Origin: Pirellulales bacterium
GTDB lineage: Bacteria; Planctomycetota; Planctomycetia; Pirellulales; PALSA-1355
Direction: 5' to 3'
NCBI GenBank assembly: GCA_963733035.1
Contig: CAVTBU010000005.1
Coordinates: 928,001-992,000, forward strand
Length of the DNA stretch: 64,000 nt
How positions within the stretch are numbered: the first letter of the stretch is position 1; each line of letters begins with the position of its first letter. The position numbers were made by a program, and so were the translations under genes. Below are positions 52,558 to 61,264 of the stretch, in pieces. Below the pieces are notes generated by a model, which had not been told where the DNA came from, made no database searches, and was given only the letters and a program-made list of their open reading frames with translations.

Positions 52558-52868
52558 ACACTTTACAGCCTTTGCAAAAGCCCTCATTTTTCCGTTGGTA
52601 CGCAGTTTAACGGTGTGCCCGAATACGCTACCACCAGCGTGGCCTCAGTCGACCAAGTACCAGCCGAAAACATCTCGGCTGAGAGTGCAAGTGCTTCTCA
52701 AACGGCCAGTATTTTCCCCGAGATTTTGGTTTGGGGTGGGAATGGGGGCAAAGTGTTTGGTTGAGTTTGCCGATTAGTAGGTCTGTGACGGTCGGGAGGA
52801 CGTTGAGGGCGCCGGTGCGCTCCGCTCCGCGACGGGCTAGGTCCAGACAAGGGTTGGCCAACTTGACC

Positions 52869-53966
52869 ATGCTGGCGCGACACGTCGATCGCTGGGCTTG
52901 CGGGCTCGCCTTGCTGGTGTTGCTGACGCTGGGGTCCGGCTGCCATGCGCTGGTCAATCGGCCCGACCCCCGCCTTGTAGGCCCCCAAACGGGCGATCCG
53001 TTCGGCGGCCTGGTCCCCACCGAGAAGGACAAGACCTCGCTCCCACCCTATACCATCGAACCGCCCGACATCCTGTTCATCGAGGCCATCCGGGTGGTGC
53101 CCAAACCGCCGTATCACATTCAGGCAACCGACGTGTTGAGCATTCAGCTGCAAGGCGGCTTTCCCACACCTCCGGTCGGTGGCGGCCCGAACGCCGATCA
53201 GTACCTGGTCAGCCCCTCGGGACGCATTGATCTGGGTCCCGCCTACGGCGAGGCCGGCCGCGTGGAAGTCACCGGTCTGACCGAGGACGAGGCGGCCCGC
53301 AAGATCGAAGCCTCGCTCCGCGAGGTGGTTAAGGACCCCCAGGTCTCGGTGCAGCTCTCGCAGTCGGCCGGCATGCAACCGATCACCGGCGAGCACCTGG
53401 TGGCTCCCGACGGCACGGTTAACCTGGGCAGCTACGGCTCGGTCTACGTGGCCGGCCTGACCCTGGAAGAGGCCACCAAAGCGGTCAACGAGCACCTTTC
53501 CGAGCAGCTCGACAACCCGCAGGTCTCGATCAGCGTGTTCGCCTACAACAGCAAGGTGTACTACGTGGTGACCGAAGGGGCCGGGCTGGGCGACACGGTG
53601 GCCCGCTTCCCGGTCACCGGCAACGAAACGGTGCTCGACGCGTTGACGCAAGTCAACGGTCTGAGCCGGGTGTCGAGCAAACGGATCTGGATCGCCCGGC
53701 CGATGCCCGGCGGGGCCGGCTGCGACGCGATTCTGCCGGTCAACTGGAAAGAAATCACCGCCAGCGGCGCCACGGCCAGCAACTACCAAGTGCTGCCGGG
53801 CGATCGAATCTTCATCGCCCAGGATCCGCTGATCGCCCTGGATTCCACACTCAACCGCGTCATCGCACCCGTCGAACGTCTGTTCGGCGTCACCTTGCTC
53901 AGCACCCAAGCCATCCAAACCATCAACCGCTACCCCCTCGGATTCAACTCCGGCGTCGGCTTCTAA
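52869..53966 (+). CDS. wza: Polysaccharide export lipoprotein (Wza/Poly_export, SLBB)
   Basis: Lipobox LGSGC; YTIEPPDIL, VAPDGTVNLG.YG.VYVAGLTLEEA, GNETVLDAL, NYQVLPGDRIFI. Confidence 0.9.
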   Translation: MLARHVDRWACGLALLVLLTLGSGCHALVNRPDPRLVGPQTGDPFGGLVPTEKDKTSLPPYTIEPPDILFIEAIRVVPKPPYHIQATDVLSIQLQGGFPTPPVGGGPNADQYLVSPSGRIDLGPAYGEAGRVEVTGLTEDEAARKIEASLREVVKDPQVSVQLSQSAGMQPITGEHLVAPDGTVNLGSYGSVYVAGLTLEEATKAVNEHLSEQLDNPQVSISVFAYNSKVYYVVTEGAGLGDTVARFPVTGNETVLDALTQVNGLSRVSSKRIWIARPMPGGAGCDAILPVNWKEITASGATASNYQVLPGDRIFIAQDPLIALDSTLNRVIAPVERLFGVTLLSTQAIQTINRYPLGFNSGVGF

Positions 53967-54038
53967 ATTAACCCAGGGCAAAGCGGAAACGGAAGCAATC
54001 GCAAGTTGCAGAACAGAGCACCAATTCAAGGAAGTTCG

Positions 54039-55029
54039 ATGCCAGCGCATCTGAAAAACATTGGGGTATTCGCCGTCGCGGCAATGATCCTGGGACTAGT
54101 ATTGCCGGAGTCTCGTGCTCAAGTGGCGGGTCACTGTCGCAACGGGACGTGTGGTTCTCCGTTGGCAGGACCGTGCATTCCTGCAAGTCCGTATGGGTAT
54201 GTCCCGACAAGTTGGCGACGCTGGCCCACGGACCAAGTCGCTGCACCGATGTTCGGCGCCGAGGAATTGCCAACGCCGGCCGCAGAAGGAGAACAACTGC
54301 CCGCTCCGGCAACTCCCCAAACTCGCCCGCTTTCCCCGCGCGAACCAATCGCCGCACCATCGGAGCGTCCAAGAGATCAACCGTTGGCACCTCCCTTCGG
54401 CGAAGAGCCACTTACACCACCGTTTGGTGAAGAACCGTCTAGTTCGCCCTTCGGAGAGGAGCCGCAAGCACCGCCATCGGCGGCCGACCCATTGGCGGCG
54501 CCATTTGGCGATGAGCCGCCAGCGCCTCCTGAAGATAAACCGAACACGCCACCATCGACTGACGACTTATTCCCCGGCACGCCGGAGGAGAAGGCCTTCG
54601 TCGAACAGTGCGTCTCCACCGGCCTTTGACAGCACCGAACCGCCGGCCATGCCGGATGAAGATCCATTCAAGGACGACCCCGAGCCCGACGCGCAGCCAA
54701 CCCCTGAATCGGGAGCGAGGACGGGCGATGCGTATCGCGCCGCACACGAGCGTCTGGCAGAGACGCACCAAGTGCGACCGTTCCCCAACTTCGCCCCTGC
54801 CGTTGCGGTCGGTAACTTGTCGAGCAAGCCTCGCTTGTTGCGAGCGGATGGCGAAAGCATCGTGCCGACCATGTTGCCCGACCGGCGCACGGTGGAGTCG
54901 AACCCCCTGCGACAGATCAGCCACCCGGTTCAAAAGTCGGTATTCAAGGCCGAGACGGGTACCGTGTCAGCAGTAATTCCCAAACCAGAATCGGACGTTT
55001 GGCAACGCAACCCATTACGCGCCCATTAG
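54039..55029 (+). CDS. Secreted Pro-rich protein; apparent 1-nt insertion at about 54593
   Basis: Signal peptide, Cys-containing YGYVPTSWRRWP block, PFG(E/D)EP repeats; continues in another frame as EDPFKDDP..NPLR. Confidence 0.7.
54390..54520 (+). repeat. Four coding PFG(E/D)EP peptide repeats
   Basis: CCCTTCGGCGAAGAGCCA, CCGTTTGGTGAAGAACCG, CCCTTCGGAGAGGAGCCG, CCATTTGGCGATGAGCCG; diverged mainly at third codon positions. Confidence 0.8.
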
Positions 55030-55234
55030 CTTGAAAGCGTTTGAAAGCTGAAGACTTCGTACGCAAGGCGCCACGAACCCATTGCCGATAGAAGATAAAT
55101 GGATGAGCAAAGGCAACTCAGGGCCAAAAATTCGTTCCAAGATTAGGAGTTCGTCGCAGCACCAAGACTCAGACCAGCGACGGAATCTGATCGACCGCGA
55201 GCTAACGTTTGATGCCACAGTCGTTTAGCTCACC

Positions 55235-55263
55235 TTGGCAGGCGAAGTGTGATTTGGTACTGT
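55235..55263 (+). promoter_or_regulatory. sigma70-type promoter upstream of rimI
   Basis: TTGGCA-17 nt-TACTGT with extended -10 TG. Confidence 0.4.
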
Positions 55264-55391
55264 ACCTCGCGCGACGACGAAACCGGGGTTCCGCGCGGGT
55301 CTTGGCTGTCGCGGACAAAAGGGATTAAGCAGAACGAGTCCACATAGCCGAGAAACTCCGGGCGTGTGCCGTTCGAAGGCAGGAGGCCGAC

Positions 55392-55913
55392 ATGAGTCCC
55401 CAGCAGCAAGAGCAGTTGCGTGTTCACATCCGTTGGATGATCCGGCGCGACATGGCTGAAGTCCTGGAAATTGAAAATCAGGGATTCGAATTCCCCTGGA
55501 GCGAAGAGGATTTCATTCGCTGTCTCCGTCAGCGAAACTGCATCGGCATGGTCGCCGAGCATGATGAACGTGTGCTTGGTTTCATGATTTACGAGTTGCA
55601 CCGTACTCGTTTGCATCTACTTAACTTTGCGGTTGCACGAGAGTATCGCCGCCGCCGCGCTGGTAGCCAGATGCTGAACAAACTGCTAGGCAAGCTCTCG
55701 GCGCAACGCCGCACGCGGATCCTGTTGGAAGTTCGTGAGACCAACCTGGCGGCGCAGCTATTCTTTCGCAGCATTGGCTTTCGCGCGGTGTCGGTCCTCA
55801 AGGACTTTTATGATGACACTACCGAGGATGCATATCAGATGCAGTATCGGTACCGGCCGGCCGAATCACAGATTGTGTTGCCGATCAATCGCATCACCAG
55901 GCTGGCCGGCTGA
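55392..55913 (+). CDS. rimI: Ribosomal-protein-alanine N-acetyltransferase (GNAT)
   Basis: IRWM..EVLEIE..PWS, LLNFAV..RRRRAG, LEVRETN..AQLFF..GF, DAYQM; AGGAGG RBS. Confidence 0.9.
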   Translation: MSPQQQEQLRVHIRWMIRRDMAEVLEIENQGFEFPWSEEDFIRCLRQRNCIGMVAEHDERVLGFMIYELHRTRLHLLNFAVAREYRRRRAGSQMLNKLLGKLSAQRRTRILLEVRETNLAAQLFFRSIGFRAVSVLKDFYDDTTEDAYQMQYRYRPAESQIVLPINRITRLAG

Positions 55914-55937
55914 ATTTCCGTGGTGATCGCGCGTCAT

Positions 55938-56418
55938 CTATAGCGGAACGTGTGTCACACGCATCTCCAGCAACTCAACCACAGCCAGGCAATGTGGCTG
56001 CGCGGTAAAGCGCTCCCGGATTGAGAACCAACGTACCGGCCTCTCGGTGCTGTTCGGCTTGGTGCGTATGTCCGTAGCAGACTAGGTCATACCTTCCTGA
56101 ACCGACAACGTCACGAAAACGCTGCTGATCGTCGCTATGCACAATCGCGATCCGCCGGCCTGCTAGTTCGAGTTCACCGAACCGCCCGTGGCAGGTCTGG
56201 CCGGCCTCTTCGATTGCGCCCCGCAAGTACTCCGCGTCGAAATCAACATTGCCAAAGACGAAATGCGTCGGCCAGCGATTGAAGAGCGGGACGACTCGTG
56301 GTGAGCCGATATCACCGCAGTGAAGCACCTGTTTGACGTCGAAACTCTCCAGCATTCGAACTGCCTGTTGCGTGTAGGCTAAGTGCCCATGCGTGTCACT
56401 TACGACGCCGATGATCAT
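55938..56418 (-). CDS. YfcE/MJ0936-family phosphodiesterase; apparent 2-nt deletion at about 55995
   Basis: SDTHG, HCGDI, GNVD, GHTH, NPG; an alternative frame supplies the terminal strands HCLAVVEL..VTHVPL*. Confidence 0.88.
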
Positions 56419-56561
56419 GCCTCCCCCTTTGCGTTGACATTCCAGGCCGCAGCATGTCGCTCAGGCGGCGAACATTCGTGCTGCGCTCGCTTGGCATCAG
56501 CCAGCACGTTATAGTCTTTTAGCGAACGTGTCTGCCAACTCCTAGGGCGTCTGCAACAAGC

Positions 56562-57368
56562 ATGGATCGACCGACCAACATTGCGGCTGGCGTGGCGGTG
56601 GCATTGTTCTTAGTGCTTGTGGTGTGGGTCTGTCGGAGTTGGCGCCGAACGAAGTTCACGTTCTTTCAAGCCTCTCTGAGCTTTCTCAATCTCTTGCTGG
56701 CACGAATTCTCTGGCGGGCAACCATCAGCGGACCACTTCCGGTGGCCGACGGTGAGGGGGCTTTGATCGTCTGCAATCATATTAGCGGAGTCGACCCCAT
56801 GATCATCCAGTTGTGCACGGATCGAGTTGTGCACTGGATGGTAGCCCGTGAATACTATGAAATGCCCGTACTTTCGTTCGCGTTTCGGGCCGTGGACACG
56901 ATTCCCGTCAATCGAGCCGGCGTTGATACCGCGGCGACGAAGATGGCGATTCGTTTGGCGCAGCAGGGAGGCCTAGTGGGGCTGTTTCCCGAAGGGCGGG
57001 TCAACATAACCGACGAACTTCTCTTGCCGGGGCGTTCCGGCGCCGCCCTGATCGCACTGCGAGCCCGCGTGAAAGTCGTACCTTGCTTTGTAAGCGGTGT
57101 ACCGTACGACGGAACCGCCTTGGGAAGCCTGTGGATGGCGGGCAGGGCCCACGTCACGGTTGGAGAGCCGATCGATCTTTCCGGGTACTTTGGGCGAGAA
57201 GGGGATAAGGCCGTCTTACAGGACCTGACAAAACGGTTCCTCTCGGAAATCGCAAACCTTGCCGGCGATCGCGACTTTCAGCCACAACTTGCCGGTCGAA
57301 ATTGGAGAACCGGCAACGATAACGAATCGCCGTCTCTGGCCGCCAACGACGACGCCGCCAATGGCTAG
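56562..57368 (+). CDS. 1-acyl-sn-glycerol-3-phosphate acyltransferase (PlsC-like)
   Basis: NHISGVD (HX4D), FPEG, VVP motifs. Confidence 0.9.
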   Translation: MDRPTNIAAGVAVALFLVLVVWVCRSWRRTKFTFFQASLSFLNLLLARILWRATISGPLPVADGEGALIVCNHISGVDPMIIQLCTDRVVHWMVAREYYEMPVLSFAFRAVDTIPVNRAGVDTAATKMAIRLAQQGGLVGLFPEGRVNITDELLLPGRSGAALIALRARVKVVPCFVSGVPYDGTALGSLWMAGRAHVTVGEPIDLSGYFGREGDKAVLQDLTKRFLSEIANLAGDRDFQPQLAGRNWRTGNDNESPSLAANDDAANG

Positions 57369-57663
57369 TGGCAAACTGCGATATCAACTTGGCACGGCTA
57401 GGACGCTGGGCTTTTCGGGGTAGCTTCTGCTTCGCCGCCAAACCCAACGAGCGTGCCGAGGCGTCGCTGGAGTAATATGGATTTTGCCGACCCCTGCATT
57501 TTTGGAGAAAAATCCGGAAAGACAATTGACATCATCAAAATCCAGAGGGTTAAATAACCGGTTGAAAGTGGGAGCAAACCCCGAGCGCCGCGCGGAGGAC
57601 CCACGTTTCAGATGTCACGTGCACTCGCCGCCAACCGCAACATTGGTACAGGGACCCATCTCC

Positions 57664-60600
57664 ATGAACCGAGACTCGTTTTTCGACCGGCTCGTAGCCC
57701 CCGGCCATCTAATCAGGCCGTCGTCCTCATTGGATCGCCGCGACAGAAAACTGGTGGGACTTGAGGTCTTGGAAGACCGCAAGATGCTGGTCTTTTCAGT
57801 CTATGTCAACGATAACTGGGTTAATCTGGATAATCCCGGCCAGCCTGTTCAGATCGGCGACTATGTGCAAAGTCAAGTCGACGACAACATCGCCGTAATT
57901 GCTGAGTACGGCTTCGACGCCTTTGGAACGGTTGAAGGCACGAGCCAGCCGGGAGCGGCAACGATTCACGACGCAATTGCCAACACTTCCAACACGGGAA
58001 CTCTTACGATTCTTTCGGGTACCTACCAGGAGTCGGACATCGTCGTCGACAAGCCCATCCATGTTGAGGGTTCGACGGGGGTGAACCCCACGTTGATCGT
58101 TCCCGAGGCGGTTTCAAGCCACGCAAATGCCGAGGATTTTGGCGTCGGCACACACTCGGGCATCATCATTTATTCGCCCAGCGTAACCATCGAGAATTTA
58201 ACGGTCGATGGCAATGGCAATGGCTCCCTGGCGGGCACGCTCAACTACCATCAGGGTATCACGACGCTCTACACACAACAGAACGGAAGTGACTACAGCA
58301 CGCTTCACAACGGGACTCTGGCGCCCAGCAACATGGGCGGTGACGATGCAACGACGTACATCACGATACATAACGTGACGGTTACCAATACCTGGTGGCA
58401 CGGTATCACGCTGTCGGGCCTGAGCGGTACGAATATTCGTACCAATAGAATTAGTAATGTGACGGTCAGCAACGTCGGCGAAGTTGGTTCCCGCGATTTG
58501 AATCGCATCGGGATTTTGCTGCAGAATCATGACGGCGGTGATGTACGCGATAGTTCTGTATCAGACGTCGGCGTGGGGATTGAGACGGGAGTGCTTGGTC
58601 CTGCCTCATTCGGCGATAACAGCCTTTCGCGAAACCGAACTGGCATCCTGCGCAACACTGTAACCGACGCGGTTCAAAGGGCTTACTCGGTCACGAACGC
58701 TGACGGCCAAATCGATCTTTCGTTCATTCTGTCGTCGGATGCCCAGTTCACCGGCTTCGACGCGAACAAAGCCATCTATACCAGCCCGGCCAACAGCGGT
58801 ACGGGCCTCTATCTCAATCACAGCCAACCGGTGGTGATCGGGTATGAGTCGATCAATGCGAAGATCGGTGCCCTGATCGAGAATACGACCGTGGACAATC
58901 TCTTGTTGCCGATCTTTGCCGGCACGACGATTACGGGTCCCGGCGTTGGTGTCAGTGGATCTGTCGGCATTTTGGCGGATAACGCGGGAGATCCAACGCA
59001 CGCAGTCAATTTTGGGATTGGGGGCACAACAACGATTAGCGGTTTCGAAACTGGAATCCGCATCAACCAAACGACGCCGGTGGCCGAACAAAACCTGGTG
59101 CAGATCGACCGGCCAACACTTACCGGCAATGGCATCGCAATCAGTGTTGGCAACAACAGCGTATTTCAAGGGAACGCCAAGACTGGCGATTCGGTGGTGA
59201 CAACAGGCACGGGCAGCCTCCAGCCTGGTTTCCCAAACAGCTTCTTTATCGTCGACGGCCCAGGCGCTCCGCCCTCGTATGTCGGGCCATTTTCGGACGT
59301 TATGGATACCGGAGACGTTAACCTCAATAGTTCCGGCACCTTCGATGCCCGACTTACTGGTCAGTCTGGCAGCACGACGCTGTTTTCTTTCGACGAAGAG
59401 GTAGGCGACTTCCCCTTCGGCGTTATTCCACCGGTCCCGGACAACGGCACTACCACAGAACCCAACGGTAGTAGCTTCCCCTCCGGGCAGGTCAATCAGA
59501 GCGGCGGGCAATTGAAAATCGCCAACGGTGCCCTCAATGGCCCTCTAAACGTCGCCTACAACACGCTAAACCACGAGGATCCCAACAACCCGGGTACGTA
59601 TATTCTGGACCCCGTAGATATTAGCGACTACTCGCACCTGGACATCAAGGTCAAGTTGGGGGCAGGAAATCAAGCCAAGGCCTTCATCTTTGGTCTGGCC
59701 GACACCGAGGGTCAGATCGCGTTGTTCACCTTTTCGACCGAGGGTATGAGTTCGACGACCTATTCAACTCTGACACTGAATCTGGCCGCCCCGGGGATCC
59801 CTTTTTCGCTCGGACCAAGCGGCAATTTTGATCTCACGAAGGTCATGGGTTACGCCGTCCTTGGCGACGAAGGCTTAATCAATGGCGCTTCGAATGTCCC
59901 ATTCAGCTTGACGTTCGACGAAGTCGTCGCCAAGGGCGTCGTCAATTCAGAACTAAACGTCACCGGCACTGTCAGTCTTGGCGGAGCGAATCTGAACGTA
60001 AGTGCCGGTCCGGCTCTCACGCCCACGGTGGGCCAGCAGTGGACCATCATCAACAACGATGGGGCCGATGCCGTCTCCGGTACGTTCTCCAGCGTTACGT
60101 CTGGCTATTCGGTGTCCTACACCGCGGGCGACGGGAACGACGTGGTGCTGACGTACACCGGCACTTCTGTGACACCCATGACTGTCGTGGGTCAGCAGAT
60201 CTTCTACAACAATTCGAGCTACGACGCCAACACGCCCGCCATCAGCGCCTCGGACGACGCGGCGATCGCCACGGACAAGGCGGCCTTCAACGGCGTGGGA
60301 ACCGCGCCAACCACGGCGTTTACCAGCTACAGCAAGGGTATCAATGGCATCATGATCGATGTCACCAATGAGCCCGGCAATTTGTCGCTGTCCGACTTCA
60401 CCTTCAAGGTCGGCACCAACAACATGCCCAACCTCTGGGCGAACGCTCCGGCTCCGACCGGTTTTTCGATCCGGCCGGGCGCGGGTGCCGGTGGTTCGGA
60501 CCGGGTGGAAATCATCTGGGCCGATAGCGCCGTTGCCAACGAGTGGCTGCAGGTGGTGGTCCGAGGAAACGACACGGTCGGTGGCAACTGGACCAATACG

Positions 60601-61143
60601 GGGTTGACCACCAGCGACGTGTTCTTCTACGGCAACCGCATCGGCGACAACTTCACCGGCGAGCCGCCAACGCTGGTCACCACCAACGCAGGCGACGAGA
60701 TTTACGCTCGTAACAACACGGGCTTCTTATTGCCGGTCACCAACATCACGGACTTCAACAAGGACAAGTTCGTGAACGCGGCCGACCAGATTGTCGCCCG
60801 CAACAACGGTGGCTTTTTGACCCGCGTGATCAACTGGGTTCCACCGGCCGCTCCCGTAGCGTCGCCGTCGGTGGCCACCAGCAGCAGCGATGGGACTGGT
60901 TCGGCCGTGGCTTCGGCCCTGGCTATTCATGCCACGCCCAGCCTGCCGAACGTACCGGGCTGGATCGCCTCGCGACTGGCCAGCGTGGACCTGAACAGCG
61001 GCCCGATCGCCACGGTGTTCACGCACCTGGCCGCGGCCGACACGCCTCGCACCCGGCAGCTTTTGCAGGCGGTCGATCAACTGGCCGATGATCTCGGTCT
61101 CGACGATTCCTTGCTGGATTCGCTGATCGGTGATTTAAGTTAA
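57664..61143 (+). CDS. Large planctomycete surface protein: beta-helix, beta-sandwich, C-terminal dockerin-like module
   Basis: GLEVLEDRKML planctomycete extracellular leader, TIHDAI..GTYQE beta-helix cap, N/T/G-rich repeats, DFNKDKFVNAAD. Confidence 0.88.
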   Translation: MNRDSFFDRLVAPGHLIRPSSSLDRRDRKLVGLEVLEDRKMLVFSVYVNDNWVNLDNPGQPVQIGDYVQSQVDDNIAVIAEYGFDAFGTVEGTSQPGAATIHDAIANTSNTGTLTILSGTYQESDIVVDKPIHVEGSTGVNPTLIVPEAVSSHANAEDFGVGTHSGIIIYSPSVTIENLTVDGNGNGSLAGTLNYHQGITTLYTQQNGSDYSTLHNGTLAPSNMGGDDATTYITIHNVTVTNTWWHGITLSGLSGTNIRTNRISNVTVSNVGEVGSRDLNRIGILLQNHDGGDVRDSSVSDVGVGIETGVLGPASFGDNSLSRNRTGILRNTVTDAVQRAYSVTNADGQIDLSFILSSDAQFTGFDANKAIYTSPANSGTGLYLNHSQPVVIGYESINAKIGALIENTTVDNLLLPIFAGTTITGPGVGVSGSVGILADNAGDPTHAVNFGIGGTTTISGFETGIRINQTTPVAEQNLVQIDRPTLTGNGIAISVGNNSVFQGNAKTGDSVVTTGTGSLQPGFPNSFFIVDGPGAPPSYVGPFSDVMDTGDVNLNSSGTFDARLTGQSGSTTLFSFDEEVGDFPFGVIPPVPDNGTTTEPNGSSFPSGQVNQSGGQLKIANGALNGPLNVAYNTLNHEDPNNPGTYILDPVDISDYSHLDIKVKLGAGNQAKAFIFGLADTEGQIALFTFSTEGMSSTTYSTLTLNLAAPGIPFSLGPSGNFDLTKVMGYAVLGDEGLINGASNVPFSLTFDEVVAKGVVNSELNVTGTVSLGGANLNVSAGPALTPTVGQQWTIINNDGADAVSGTFSSVTSGYSVSYTAGDGNDVVLTYTGTSVTPMTVVGQQIFYNNSSYDANTPAISASDDAAIATDKAAFNGVGTAPTTAFTSYSKGINGIMIDVTNEPGNLSLSDFTFKVGTNNMPNLWANAPAPTGFSIRPGAGAGGSDRVEIIWADSAVANEWLQVVVRGNDTVGGNWTNTGLTTSDVFFYGNRIGDNFTGEPPTLVTTNAGDEIYARNNTGFLLPVTNITDFNKDKFVNAADQIVARNNGGFLTRVINWVPPAAPVASPSVATSSSDGTGSAVASALAIHATPSLPNVPGWIASRLASVDLNSGPIATVFTHLAAADTPRTRQLLQAVDQLADDLGLDDSLLDSLIGDLS

Positions 61144-61153
61144 CGTATTCCAA

Positions 61154-61194
61154 CTTCGAGCGGCCGGTAGACGTGTTCCGCCGGCCGCTCGAGG
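61154..61194. terminator. Strong hairpin between convergent genes
   Basis: CTTCGAGCGGCCGG / CCGGCCGCTCGAGG stem; no U-tract. Confidence 0.55.
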
Positions 61195-61264
61195 ACTTGG
61201 TCAAAGTTACATTCTTGGCGAGTAACGTGCGCCGACAGATACTGAGCAGACAGTTGACTTGCCC

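Noticed and set aside
52698..54050. 450-aa minus-strand ORF
   Set aside because: Antisense shadow of wza caused by strong codon bias
55031..55048. TTGAAAGC direct repeat with 10-bp period
   Set aside because: Only two copies, far from the predicted rimI promoter; too weak to call
58606..59511. 301-aa minus-strand ORF
   Set aside because: Antisense to the surface protein
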